Assembly (NCBI GenBank): GCA_029258885.1
Contig: JAPDJW010000002.1
Span: 515,168-579,167 of the forward strand
Origin: Thermoproteota archaeon
GTDB lineage: Archaea; Thermoproteota; Thermoprotei; Thermofilales; B9-G17
Direction: 5' to 3'
DNA: 64,000 nt
Positions 1 through 10,133 of this stretch are shown piece by piece. Each line of letters starts with the position of its first letter. Positions within the stretch are counted from its first letter, which is position 1. The notes beneath the pieces were generated by a model. It was not told where the DNA came from, did no database searches, and worked only from the letters and a program-made list of their open reading frames with translations. The position numbers were made by a program, and so were the translations under genes.

Positions 1-656
1 AAAACCTCATACTATTCGGATTAATGTATGGATACTCTATGAGTGAGGCACGAAGTAAAGCTAAGGAAATCCTCGATGTAGTCGGTTTATCCGAAAAAGC
101 TAATGATCGCCCATCGAAACTATCCTCGGGTGAGCGACAGAGGCTATCCTTAGCAAGAGGATTTATAGCTGAGACGCCAGTTTTCCTAATAGATGAGCCT
201 ACAGTTGGACTGGATCCCGAGGGAGCTAAACAGGTCAGAGACTACATCAAATCGGAGTTCAAGAAGCAGGGATTCACTCTAATCTTTACAACACACTTCA
301 TGCACGAAGCGGAATATTTGGCGGATAGAATAGCTATCATGGATAGGGGTAAAATAGTTGAGATAGGTAGTCCAGAAGAGCTTAAGCTTAAGTTTATAAG
401 GGGCAAGGTCATAGATATAAAGGCTCTAAACGTCTACAAAAACGTCTTGGAGAAGCTTAGGAGCCTCGATGTAATAAACGTTGATTACTTCTACCGCTTC
501 GGAGGAGCTGAGGTTAACCTTAAGATTTTGACCAAGAAGCCGTATGAGATCCTCGAGGAGGCAATTGATATCATACTATCCCATAGGGGTTCCCTAATAT
601 ATGCCGACGTTAGAGAACCCACGCTCGAGGATGTCTATAGGATTATTTTCAGGTGA
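1..656 (+). CDS. ABC transporter ATP-binding protein, C-terminal part (5' end outside window)
   Basis: The frame is open to the window edge. It has the ABC signature-like 'LSSGERQRLSLARGF', Walker B 'VFLIDEPTVGLD' and H-loop region 'FTTHFMHEA'. It overlaps the downstream permease gene by 4 nt. Confidence 0.85.
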   Translation, partial: NLILFGLMYGYSMSEARSKAKEILDVVGLSEKANDRPSKLSSGERQRLSLARGFIAETPVFLIDEPTVGLDPEGAKQVRDYIKSEFKKQGFTLIFTTHFMHEAEYLADRIAIMDRGKIVEIGSPEELKLKFIRGKVIDIKALNVYKNVLEKLRSLDVINVDYFYRFGGAEVNLKILTKKPYEILEEAIDIILSHRGSLIYADVREPTLEDVYRIIFR

Positions 657-1510
657 TGGTCTTGGGATACGAGTTTAAGAAGGGAGGATGTAGGGTCATA
701 CTTAATATTGCAATTGAAACCTTAAGGTCAAGAATATTCAAGGAATATTTCTGGGTCGTATCCCTGACTATGTCTATCGTAGATACTATCGTCGGTATTT
801 TGGCGTACTATTATGTTGCTCTATTCGTACAGGATGCCATGGAAAGGTACGTTTCAGCGTATGGAGTAAGCTATGCAGAGTATCTGTTAATAGGCTTAAT
901 GGCTGGAGTTATAGCCACATTCCTTCGATACAGCTTATACGAGGCCGTATACCTAGGATACTGGGCTTGTGAGACCGACCTATACATAACTTCGCCTATA
1001 GGTCTAAAAGGAATGCTAATAGGCCATATGATGTTTATAGCCCTATGGGAATCAGTAATTCTAGCGACATATACCCTAGCAGCCCTTGTGTTGGGAATAC
1101 CGCTACATTTAGAAAATCTGCCTCAGATAGTTTTAGCAATTTTAGTTGCCTCCCTACCCATGATAGGTATTGGGCTCGTTTCAGCTAGTGACTTCACTCT
1201 ATTTAACGCTAAAAGAGGTAGCATGACAGGGAAAGTATTCTCCATACTACAGAGGATTTTCGGCGGATACTACTTTCCGGTAGGCATACTCCCCCAGCAG
1301 CTCCACATAGTATCTTATCTGCTACCCCATACATACTTCTACGAGGCCGTGAGAATTGCCGCATTTAAAGGTGTTTGGATAACTCAAAAGCCGGAGCTAC
1401 TCTATCCCTTAATAATTCAGGGGATAATATTACTCCTGTTAGGGGCTTTACTTATGAAAAAGGCTATGGATAAGGCTGAGGAGACCGGAGATCTGAGCAG
1501 ATGGACCTAA
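653..1510 (+). CDS. ABC-2-type transporter permease (polytopic membrane protein)
   Basis: 285-aa ORF with multiple hydrophobic helices, translationally coupled (ATGA overlap) to the upstream ABC ATPase. Confidence 0.6.
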   Translation: MMVLGYEFKKGGCRVILNIAIETLRSRIFKEYFWVVSLTMSIVDTIVGILAYYYVALFVQDAMERYVSAYGVSYAEYLLIGLMAGVIATFLRYSLYEAVYLGYWACETDLYITSPIGLKGMLIGHMMFIALWESVILATYTLAALVLGIPLHLENLPQIVLAILVASLPMIGIGLVSASDFTLFNAKRGSMTGKVFSILQRIFGGYYFPVGILPQQLHIVSYLLPHTYFYEAVRIAAFKGVWITQKPELLYPLIIQGIILLLLGALLMKKAMDKAEETGDLSRWT

Positions 1511-1565
1511 AGCATGATTAATTAAATGATAGGTATATTTACTAAGACGCTTTTATAGAACTGTC

Positions 1566-2471
1566 TTGAATACCCTGGAGTATAGCTTTGTGGAGAAATA
1601 TTACAAGAACAGAACTGTAGCTGAGGAGATGTACTATTTCTCTAGACATAGGTGGCTTGCGATACACTGTAGCAAAAGCGATTCAAAGGGCAGACCCATA
1701 ATTGTAAGATACCTACGCGGAAAACCCTTAACCCTAAGAAGTCCAGATGACCTACATAGAATTTTCTCTGTATTGAATGCGTTTAAACCTAGGACAGTTT
1801 ATGTATCGGTGAACCTTTATAGGAGAATTAAGTCTAGAGAGGATGTTTTAGATTATTTGAATAACGTTTATCTGAGGACGCCCAGCTGGGATATCGACAG
1901 CGAGCTGAACTGGTGGAGGCATACACTCGAGGTTGCAAGAGCCATAGTAGATGTCTTGGAGAAGCACGGTGTCGTAAAATCAGTCTACCTGATTTGGTCA
2001 GGTAGGGGAGTACACGTGCATATCCACGAGAGGGCAATCTCAAGCAGTATTCTGAAGAAATATCATCCCATAGACGTAACCTACAGTATAGTGGAGTACG
2101 TTATAGGCAGAGTGAAGCCCCTCTTAAACGAATTAAACATCAATAAGAGTACCAGAATTAAAGTGGAGAACCTAATGGATCCTCAGAGGGTATTTACAGC
2201 CCCGCTAAGCCTACACAAGAAGCTTAATGTATCATGCATAGCGTTTAAGCCTGAGGAGATAGATAGTTTCGATTTAAGCTGGATTAATCCGGAGAACTTT
2301 AAACATAACCTGAAGTGGAGGCTCTACGAAGTCGGCGAAGCCGATGAGCTAGCGTTAAAGGCCTTCCAGACTATAGGCCCCTACCCGAAACCGTATGGAT
2401 CGGGAAGAAGGAGGCATAGGCCATTGGACGAGGCAATTAGAAAATATCTTCCCAAGGATGATATGCTATAG
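1566..2471 (+). CDS. Archaeo-eukaryotic primase (AEP) superfamily protein, PriS-like
   Basis: Three AEP motifs in the right order: 'SWDIDSE' (DxD), 'WSGRGVHVHIHE' (sGxGxHxh) and 'QRVFTAPLSLHKK' (h-motif). TTG start. Confidence 0.55.
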   Translation: MNTLEYSFVEKYYKNRTVAEEMYYFSRHRWLAIHCSKSDSKGRPIIVRYLRGKPLTLRSPDDLHRIFSVLNAFKPRTVYVSVNLYRRIKSREDVLDYLNNVYLRTPSWDIDSELNWWRHTLEVARAIVDVLEKHGVVKSVYLIWSGRGVHVHIHERAISSSILKKYHPIDVTYSIVEYVIGRVKPLLNELNINKSTRIKVENLMDPQRVFTAPLSLHKKLNVSCIAFKPEEIDSFDLSWINPENFKHNLKWRLYEVGEADELALKAFQTIGPYPKPYGSGRRRHRPLDEAIRKYLPKDDML

Positions 2472-2990
2472 CCTACCCTTAACAGCTTCAACCTGCCTTT
2501 CAATGATGTTTCTAACTTCAAGAGGATTTCTAACGTTTGCTATAATTATCGGCTTTACTCCAACCGACATTATAATGATCGATCCCGTACCGTATATTTT
2601 ATCTATTACGCCGACGTTAACCTCTATCTGCTGTACAAGCTCAAGTTTAAGGAAATCATAGTCTATTCCAATGACACCCCTACGTACAATTATCCTATTC
2701 TCGGTTAGAACATAGAATACATTCCTCCACAGCAATATCGGATACAGCGTAAATGCACCCAGTATAGTCAACGTTATACCATACCAGAACATAAAGAAGA
2801 GTAGTACGAAAGGCCATGCCGAGGCGGAAAATATACCAGGTATGAATAGGGGAAAAACTATAAACGGTATAATAAATGGTATAATAAAAACTCCCCTTAG
2901 TATAAAGGGCCAGAAAAGAGGTCTACCATACCAAATAATTCTCTCGCCCTTAACGGCATCTAAAAGATCTCTGGGGAGCTCTTGGAACAT
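2466..2990 (-). CDS. Membrane protein with bacterial-type PH domain (bPH_2 / YdbS-like)
   Basis: Two N-terminal TM helices, then 'FYVLTENRIIVRRGVIGIDYDFLKLELVQQIEVNVGVIDKIYGTGSIII', typical of the DUF304/bPH_2 family. Confidence 0.55.
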   Translation of the reverse strand: MFQELPRDLLDAVKGERIIWYGRPLFWPFILRGVFIIPFIIPFIVFPLFIPGIFSASAWPFVLLFFMFWYGITLTILGAFTLYPILLWRNVFYVLTENRIIVRRGVIGIDYDFLKLELVQQIEVNVGVIDKIYGTGSIIIMSVGVKPIIIANVRNPLEVRNIIERQVEAVKGRL

Positions 2991-3076
2991 GGTTTAAATT
3001 TAGGGAGTGAAGCCTTATAACTTTAACCTCCTTTTCCTAAGAATAATCTCCGATTCGCCCGGTAGAATAGCGTCCT

Positions 3077-3478
3077 TTATCTCGCAACATACTCGTATCC
3101 TCTCTTCTCATAGAATCTCCTAGCATATCTATTAAAGGAGGATACAAGCAGAAAGATGTTCCTCCTAAACTTGAAGATATCATTCTCAGCTACATCCATA
3201 AGCCTAGATCCTATGCCAAGCCCCCTAAACCCCTCCTTTACAGCTATAGCCCTTATATACCCGCCAAGCGGAAAGCCGTCGAAAAACCTATATATAATGA
3301 AGCCAACAACCTCGTCATTTACCTCAGCTACCTTGATCCATCCCTCCTCAAGACCTGCTAGCACAACATCTATACACATATCACGGGTATATCCTAGCCT
3401 TTTAAAGGGATCAGTAGAAAGCATGATATTGCATACACTCTCTATATCACTATATCTGCAGTTACGGATTCTAAACAT
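3077..3478 (-). CDS. GNAT family N-acetyltransferase
   Basis: Acetyl-CoA binding motif A 'IRAIAVKEGFRGLGIGSRLM'. 133 aa. Confidence 0.75.
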   Translation of the reverse strand: MFRIRNCRYSDIESVCNIMLSTDPFKRLGYTRDMCIDVVLAGLEEGWIKVAEVNDEVVGFIIYRFFDGFPLGGYIRAIAVKEGFRGLGIGSRLMDVAENDIFKFRRNIFLLVSSFNRYARRFYEKRGYEYVAR

Positions 3479-3539
3479 GTTAATTCTCCTAAATTCTCTC
3501 TAGAGCCTTAATCCTCAGCCAACCTAAAATATCGGAAAC

Positions 3540-6500
3540 TTAAACGTTACGCTCACCTTCTACTGAGCTTCGTCCATGCCAACTTAATTTAAGCCTCGAG
3601 AGATGCCTATACTTCCTAGCATCTTCAACTTTTCTTGCTATGGCTAGGTATAGGTAGAAGGAGAACTCCTCATTTGGCTTTAATTCTTCAACAGGTTCAA
3701 TATTGGCGTGTAAAGCGCATGCAGAATCTAATCCAGCGACAGTCCCCAGGAATAGGTCGTTACGCTTAGGCTTCGCCAAGACAACGGCGGCTTTATCATT
3801 ATAGGCAAGGATGTACTCCCTTGAGGTGATTGGATATGCTATTTCGTGGACGTAGATTTCTTTCTCATATTCTCCATCCTTAAGCGGCACTATTACTTTC
3901 TTTGCATTCTCCCCTCCAGGGCTTACGTAGACCGGTAACCATAGGTACGGCCTAATATACCTTCTAGTCTCATTTATAAGCCTGGTTAAAAGCAGAATAA
4001 AACTACACCTAGGCCTAGTCAAATAGTACTGTTCAACTCTAACACCCCTCAATTCCCTACTTTTCTCATACTTAACCTTAGTATACAGCTTAACTCCAAC
4101 CCATTTTTCCATTACAGCCTTATCAATACGCCACTCCTCCCTCCATAGATTATCCGACCATCCATCGCAAAGTCTCACGCCGCCATACCAGGGTCTAATC
4201 CACGATAGTTCACTAGGCTTAGGATACGATGAAAACAGGTGTGATCCCTCGAAATCTCTAGTAGTTATTTCATAGAGCGTTCCAGCGAAGCCTGCATCAA
4301 CCTTAAAGGTTAAGTAGCCATTATCCACAGTAGCTTTACTCCCATTCAGTTCCACTGAAACATTGCCTTTACCGAATGATATTACCGGAAGTACACGCCT
4401 AAAGGTGCCGTAATTCGAGTATAGAACGCATGAAACCTCAGCACAGCCAATAGCCTTCCTCCTAATCCTAACAGCTTTTGAAAATACTCTATCTCTCAGC
4501 TCCTGTATCTCAAATTCCCTCGGCTTCACATCCAGATCTTCTGACGAAAGCGTAATTCTACCTTTAAGAACCTTACCCCTATTCCTCCTTAATACCAGCT
4601 CCGCCTTACAGCTTTCATTCTCCATAACTAGCGGACTAGGCCTAAAGGCCAGCTCAACCACGTCGATCGTTTCCTTCACCCAAACCTCTGGTACGAGATG
4701 CTTCCTCCTGAAAAGCATCCAGTATAATCTTCTAACATCCCTCCATCCTCCCCCACCAATATAGATGTATAGTGGAGGCATCTTAACCCTACTATGAGGT
4801 TTAAGTTCTATTAGGTAAGTTAGCCTAGGTAATCCTCCCCGGGCAAAGTCGATTTTATCTAAGCCTCTATCCCCCCACAGTAGACCAACCGTGTAGCCGT
4901 CATCGGTGATATGACATGTCCAGTATTCAGCATATTCACTAGGACTGCTTGGTAAATCTTCCCGGCTAGCTGGGAACTCTCCCGGAATTGCTCTAGCATT
5001 AAGGATACCCTCCTTCAATGGGACAACTAGCCTGCTACGCCACCATATCCTGCTGTCTATCCTAAGCTTAACATTCCTCTTGATCGATGAGTTATTGACG
5101 ATAGTATAGCTTAACTTCAATACTGGGGACGACCCCTTAACCTCAAGGACTTTAACTAATTCAATTCCAGGAATCTTCCTCAGGCGAGCTCTAGCGTATA
5201 GCCTAACAAACTCCCTCCCCTCCTCGAGCTCTACATAATAATTCACTCTACTCAGTTCACTAGGCCAAAATGGTGGACCTATACTCTCGCCAGCTAGGTT
5301 AAAGATTGCATTATTATTCGATTTACGTATAACGTCTATACGTCCACCTCTAAACCTAAGCCTTATAAAGTAGTCCCCTAAATCTACGATGGCAACCTTC
5401 CTCTTTCGATCAACGTATCCAACAGCCTCCCCAATACGGCTAATAGTTACGAATAAGTCGATTGGAGGGGACCTTATGTCCTCTACATCATATAGTAGGG
5501 TTAACTTAGACTTACGTAGAAGCGGATCCATTACCTTAACCTTAAGTGGTAAAGTGAATTTCTCCTCCGAATGAGCGGTGAAGCTTAGGACTCTGGGTTC
5601 AACTTCAAGTCCTTCACTTGGAACTACAACGATTCTCCCGGAAACACTCCGTTTGAAATTATTGCATAGATCGAGCAATATAGTATCCGTAGATTGAGGC
5701 AGAAGCGAGGGCATACGTATCGGTTTTATCGAGAGAGGAGCCTTCTCGTCGAAGCCTATGGATAAGCTAAAGACTCTCCCATTCACTATAAGCTTGGACT
5801 TAAGCTTTCTCGACAGTTCATCCCTAGGCTTATCTTCAGCCTCAATATCAACTACTGCCTCAGCCTCCACAACCTTTTCCTCCCCAGGCTTAACCTCAAA
5901 AGCTACGGGTGGCTTAGACAAAAGCTTTACGTTTTCTCCAGGCTCGGGAATAAGCACAACCTTAAACTTTTCGTTGGATCTATTAACGATCCTCCAGTAC
6001 GCCTTAAACGGCGACCCCCTAACAACTCTATCATCCTCTGTCAAAAGCTCAACGAGTCCACTGCTCCACTCTAAGCCACATAGATCCCATCCATACCTAT
6101 CCACGATAGCCTTAAGGTAATCTCCATCAATACTCCATTCGTAGATGTATACGCTCCTACCCCTATACTTAAGCCTATCCTCCTCAACGCTTAGATCCCT
6201 TCTGAACCCGTAAAGAGCATCGGGATGTCTACTAAAGAACTCCGATGCGGTAGGATTTGCTAGAATTAGGGGTATAAAATTCTGCATGTATACGGAGGTC
6301 TCTGGAACCCAGAAGAACCCTAGCTTCTTATAAAGCCTAATAGCTCTACTATTCCCCGGCCATGTGTGTAGATCAATCCTGCGAGCACCTATTGATATAG
6401 ATCTGACTACAGCCTCCTTGATAAGCCTAGTACCTATACCCCTGCCCCTTAAATTGGGGTGGACGTTAATGAGTGATATATAGGTTGCATCCTCCGACGA

Positions 6501-6743
6501 CCAGTGCTTAGTAAGCTCAAGATACCCGACTATCCTCCCATTAAGCTCGGCAACGAGATGTGCTATAGCATCGGTACTTCTCATTTTCTCGAGCAGTGTT
6601 TCAGCCGTAAATGGAACGCCGCCAGTCAATCCACCAGGCCATCCCTCCTCACTCTCATTAAGCATCCTAGCAAGATCCCCAGCATCTACCTCCCTAAAAT
6701 CTCTAATTACTAAATTTTGTGGCCTAGGGTCTACAATATCCAT
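3540..6743 (-). CDS. Large (1067 aa) protein: N-terminal GNAT acetyltransferase domain plus ~900-aa uncharacterised region
   Basis: Uninterrupted 3.2-kb ORF. GNAT motif A 'INVHPNLRGRGIGTRLIKEAV' lies near the N-terminus. I recognise no motif in the remainder. Confidence 0.7.
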   Translation of the reverse strand: MDIVDPRPQNLVIRDFREVDAGDLARMLNESEEGWPGGLTGGVPFTAETLLEKMRSTDAIAHLVAELNGRIVGYLELTKHWSSEDATYISLINVHPNLRGRGIGTRLIKEAVVRSISIGARRIDLHTWPGNSRAIRLYKKLGFFWVPETSVYMQNFIPLILANPTASEFFSRHPDALYGFRRDLSVEEDRLKYRGRSVYIYEWSIDGDYLKAIVDRYGWDLCGLEWSSGLVELLTEDDRVVRGSPFKAYWRIVNRSNEKFKVVLIPEPGENVKLLSKPPVAFEVKPGEEKVVEAEAVVDIEAEDKPRDELSRKLKSKLIVNGRVFSLSIGFDEKAPLSIKPIRMPSLLPQSTDTILLDLCNNFKRSVSGRIVVVPSEGLEVEPRVLSFTAHSEEKFTLPLKVKVMDPLLRKSKLTLLYDVEDIRSPPIDLFVTISRIGEAVGYVDRKRKVAIVDLGDYFIRLRFRGGRIDVIRKSNNNAIFNLAGESIGPPFWPSELSRVNYYVELEEGREFVRLYARARLRKIPGIELVKVLEVKGSSPVLKLSYTIVNNSSIKRNVKLRIDSRIWWRSRLVVPLKEGILNARAIPGEFPASREDLPSSPSEYAEYWTCHITDDGYTVGLLWGDRGLDKIDFARGGLPRLTYLIELKPHSRVKMPPLYIYIGGGGWRDVRRLYWMLFRRKHLVPEVWVKETIDVVELAFRPSPLVMENESCKAELVLRRNRGKVLKGRITLSSEDLDVKPREFEIQELRDRVFSKAVRIRRKAIGCAEVSCVLYSNYGTFRRVLPVISFGKGNVSVELNGSKATVDNGYLTFKVDAGFAGTLYEITTRDFEGSHLFSSYPKPSELSWIRPWYGGVRLCDGWSDNLWREEWRIDKAVMEKWVGVKLYTKVKYEKSRELRGVRVEQYYLTRPRCSFILLLTRLINETRRYIRPYLWLPVYVSPGGENAKKVIVPLKDGEYEKEIYVHEIAYPITSREYILAYNDKAAVVLAKPKRNDLFLGTVAGLDSACALHANIEPVEELKPNEEFSFYLYLAIARKVEDARKYRHLSRLKLSWHGRSSVEGERNV

Positions 6744-6821
6744 AGTATAGATACTTTGAGATTAATTTATTAACGTTACTGGGAGGGAGCCATATTAATC
6801 ATTAAATATACTTTATATTAT

Positions 6822-7607
6822 GTGAAGCATTATCCGCGAATGTTAACCCCTAATACGCCCAGATTTAATCCTGTAGAGCTGGCTAAAGTTACCGAAAGTA
6901 TAGTCTGCAGAAATGATTCGAGGAAGTATACGGCATTCTACGTTGCTGGAGTGTATAGGGGCATTTCAACCGGATATGCTGTTGGATGCTGTTTAAGATG
7001 TTTTTTCTGCTGGAGTGGATGGAGTAGGGACTTCCCCGAACTCTATGGCAGATTCTATACGCCTAGGGACGTATTTAAAAGGCTATGTGAGGCGGCCAAG
7101 GAGTATCGTATCAGGAAGGCTAGAATATCTGGCTGTGAGCCCACCTTATGTAGAGGACACCTACTTAAGCTTCTGGAGCTCGTGGAATCCTCCGAATTCA
7201 ACATATTTATACTTGAGACAAACGGCATACTATTTGGAGCCGATAAAAGCTATGTGAGGGATATCTCGAAGTTTACAAAGGTATATGTTAGGGTGAGCCT
7301 TAAGGCGGGTAATCCCAGGGCATTTTCCCATAGAACGGGAGCATTACCGGATTTCTTTGAGCTGCCGTTTAAGGCTATAGAGTATCTCATAGACTATGGG
7401 GTTAGGTTTCACGTCGCAGCCATGACCGATCCGAGGATAATGCCAGCGGGCGAAAGGGTTGAGCTATTGAATAGGCTTAGGGATATAGATCCAAAGTTAG
7501 CTAAATATCTGGAGGAGGAGCTCTGCGACCCATACGATGCAACAATAGTTAGGATGAGCATATTTGGAATAGATCCCGTTAAATTCTATAAGTATTCGTT
7601 ACCTTAA
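6822..7607 (+). CDS. Radical SAM domain protein
   Basis: CX3CX2C cluster motif in 'GCCLRCFFCW', followed by 'ISGCEPTL' and 'ILETNGILFG'. GTG start. Confidence 0.7.
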   Translation: MKHYPRMLTPNTPRFNPVELAKVTESIVCRNDSRKYTAFYVAGVYRGISTGYAVGCCLRCFFCWSGWSRDFPELYGRFYTPRDVFKRLCEAAKEYRIRKARISGCEPTLCRGHLLKLLELVESSEFNIFILETNGILFGADKSYVRDISKFTKVYVRVSLKAGNPRAFSHRTGALPDFFELPFKAIEYLIDYGVRFHVAAMTDPRIMPAGERVELLNRLRDIDPKLAKYLEEELCDPYDATIVRMSIFGIDPVKFYKYSLP

Positions 7608-7658
7608 CACGGCTTAATGTTATATTTAATAATTTTATTAAATTGTTGGGTGTTCTCG

Positions 7659-8525
7659 ATGAAGATAGGATTAAATACGTGGACTGTAACAGGGTTTAGA
7701 TATAGAGGTGTTCCTGGATTAAAGGAGATACTTAAGATAGCCAGCGAAGCTGGATATGATGGCGTTGAATTCACCTTTGACGCCAACCTCCTTCACCCGG
7801 ATAAGATTACGAGGGAAATTAGGAGGGAGCTTCTTGAAACCGCTAAATCCTATAACCTAGTTTTCCCGAGCGTTGCTACAGGCGTATTTTGGAGGTATAA
7901 CTTAGGCTCGCCAGATGAAAGCGTAAGGAAGACTGGCGAAGAATTCGTAATAAAAGGTTTGGAGCTCGCTAGGGACCTTGAGGCCCGCGTACTGCTTGTA
8001 GTTCCTGCTGTTGCGAAGCCAGAGATACCCTACGATAAGCTCTATGAGACGTCTGTTAAAACACTAAAGAAGTTATCTAAGAAGGCGGAGGACGTTGGGG
8101 TTATCATAGGCGTGGAGAATGTTTGGAATAAGTTCCTCTACAGCCCGTTGGAGTTCAGGAGGTTCCTCGAGGATATAGGCAGCGAGTACGTTAAGGCGTA
8201 CTTTGATGTAGGGAATGTGGTCAATCTCGGCTACATAGAGAACTGGATAGATCTAATAGGCGATTTAATAGCGATGGTTCACGTAAAGGATTTTGACGTA
8301 AACGTGGGGAACATATACGGCTTTAGACACGTTGGCAGGGGGAGCATAGACTGGAAGATGGTTATAACGAAGCTTAAGGAGGTCGGCTACGATGACTTCC
8401 TCAATGCAGAGTGTCCGCCAGAGTTCTATCCAGACTTAAAGGAGCCTAAAATACCTGAGGACGGAATAAGAGCGGCAAGGGATAACGCTAAAGCGCTGAG
8501 GGAGATACTTGAGAAATACTATTAG
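7659..8525 (+). CDS. Sugar phosphate isomerase/epimerase (xylose isomerase-like TIM barrel)
   Basis: 'MKIGLNTW' start and 'GYDGVEF', 'IGVENVWN', 'VHVKDF' strand-end motifs typical of the AP endonuclease 2 / xylose isomerase-like fold. I prefer the internal ATG at 7659 over the track start at 7617. Confidence 0.7.
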   Translation: MKIGLNTWTVTGFRYRGVPGLKEILKIASEAGYDGVEFTFDANLLHPDKITREIRRELLETAKSYNLVFPSVATGVFWRYNLGSPDESVRKTGEEFVIKGLELARDLEARVLLVVPAVAKPEIPYDKLYETSVKTLKKLSKKAEDVGVIIGVENVWNKFLYSPLEFRRFLEDIGSEYVKAYFDVGNVVNLGYIENWIDLIGDLIAMVHVKDFDVNVGNIYGFRHVGRGSIDWKMVITKLKEVGYDDFLNAECPPEFYPDLKEPKIPEDGIRAARDNAKALREILEKYY

Positions 8526-8528
8526 ACC

Positions 8529-10133
8529 TTAAGTCCTTATATCGATTTTTTCCACAAATCCTGCTATCGGGTTAGCTAAAACTTCGTGTATTGCTAGGGC
8601 TATCGCTAAGGATACTGCGCTGGATAATACAATAAATTCTACTGGTAGTATGTTAAGCAGGAGCTTATATACCAAGTCGGCTATCAGGAAGGCTGGCATG
8701 AAAACGATTAACAATATTGAAACAACTATTCCTTCAGTAACATATAGGCCCGTAGGAGCTTTCCTCACAACCTTTCTTCTTGATGCGAGGTATACGGCAA
8801 CTAATAGAATAACGTACGATACTATTACCGTTGATGGAAGCACGGTTAGGGGTAGAAGCAGGTGCGCTGGATTACGTGTTAAAGAGCAGTTGAAGACCGC
8901 TAAAATTAGCAGTCCCTCAGAAATGTATGTAGAATATCTTAGGGCGAGGCTTGATATGAACGGCTTAATAGACAACATATACACCCTATAGATCCACATA
9001 GATGGCAGATCTAAGGCGAGCGATGCATTAACTAGTGCTTCTATAACTTGAGATACTATCATTGGTGTGAGAACCGATGATACAAAGACTAGAAACTCGG
9101 GGTCAGGAACACAGTTAGCTAATACATATCCCGCAATGAACGCTAGAGCTGTCGATACAAATACAAAGGTAACGTTCCCCCTGCCGGCTACTTTAGCTAA
9201 ACACACGTAGTTGAAGACAACCCTATCAGCTGGGCCTAGGTACTTCATTTCAACGCTCCTCCTAACTCTTTTCCTTCTTTCGGCCATACCTACTGTTATC
9301 GGCTGAATTAGCTCTGGATGTATGTAATTCGAAGCCTTAACTATCAAGATATTAAGCAATACTATGATTACAAGAACCTTTACATAGGCTAGGAGCACGT
9401 CGCCTACGTCCTCCGTTATGGTGAGGCAGTATATGATAGCTTCAAATGCTGGCTTAAGCGGAGCAGATAAAATAGGCGAAATCCATCCGATATATAATGA
9501 GTGCAGTAATCCAGAGGCCATGTATAGGATTAGGATCAGCTTAACGTACCTCAGCTTCTCTCTCATAACGTAGGCTAGGATACTTAAAGACATACTTAAA
9601 CTGCCTAGCACTATGAAAAGAAGCATAAAGGATATTGGTAAAAGCAAGGGCTTCGTGTAATTGCCCCCTGAGAGCTGTATCGAATATGGTATAAAGCCCA
9701 CCATAAATACGCTCATCCACGCTATCTGTAATAAATCGCTAAACCTCTTAGCCAGAATATAGGTAGACATATCTATCGGCTGAGACAGCAATACCTCGTA
9801 TTCGGCCTCGTTCATAACTATAATCTTCAACCTAGACTTAAATACCAGACTCAGGATAAAGTACATCAGCATTAATGCGCTCAGGAGATCTATGATTACA
9901 TACTTATCTACACCATAGCTTTTCAGAAGCCTCCTTAAGGCTAAGGCTGAAGTATAGTTGTGCTCGCCTCTATCTCCACCAGAGAAACTACCCACAACTA
10001 CCATAACCGCAATAATAAATACGATAACTCCTATGGAGAAGAGCGCCACAAGCCTATGTTTCCTGAAGATGGGATTTAAAACGTAGTTTTTAAGCAGGTA
10101 CCAGAAGACTATCAACGCTTTCTTAACGTTCAC
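8529..10133 (-). CDS. Polytopic membrane protein, putative permease partner of the upstream ABC ATPase
   Basis: 534-aa ORF with many hydrophobic helices. 4-nt overlap with ABC ATPase gene 10130..10879 on the same strand. Confidence 0.6.
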   Translation of the reverse strand: MNVKKALIVFWYLLKNYVLNPIFRKHRLVALFSIGVIVFIIAVMVVVGSFSGGDRGEHNYTSALALRRLLKSYGVDKYVIIDLLSALMLMYFILSLVFKSRLKIIVMNEAEYEVLLSQPIDMSTYILAKRFSDLLQIAWMSVFMVGFIPYSIQLSGGNYTKPLLLPISFMLLFIVLGSLSMSLSILAYVMREKLRYVKLILILYMASGLLHSLYIGWISPILSAPLKPAFEAIIYCLTITEDVGDVLLAYVKVLVIIVLLNILIVKASNYIHPELIQPITVGMAERRKRVRRSVEMKYLGPADRVVFNYVCLAKVAGRGNVTFVFVSTALAFIAGYVLANCVPDPEFLVFVSSVLTPMIVSQVIEALVNASLALDLPSMWIYRVYMLSIKPFISSLALRYSTYISEGLLILAVFNCSLTRNPAHLLLPLTVLPSTVIVSYVILLVAVYLASRRKVVRKAPTGLYVTEGIVVSILLIVFMPAFLIADLVYKLLLNILPVEFIVLSSAVSLAIALAIHEVLANPIAGFVEKIDIRT

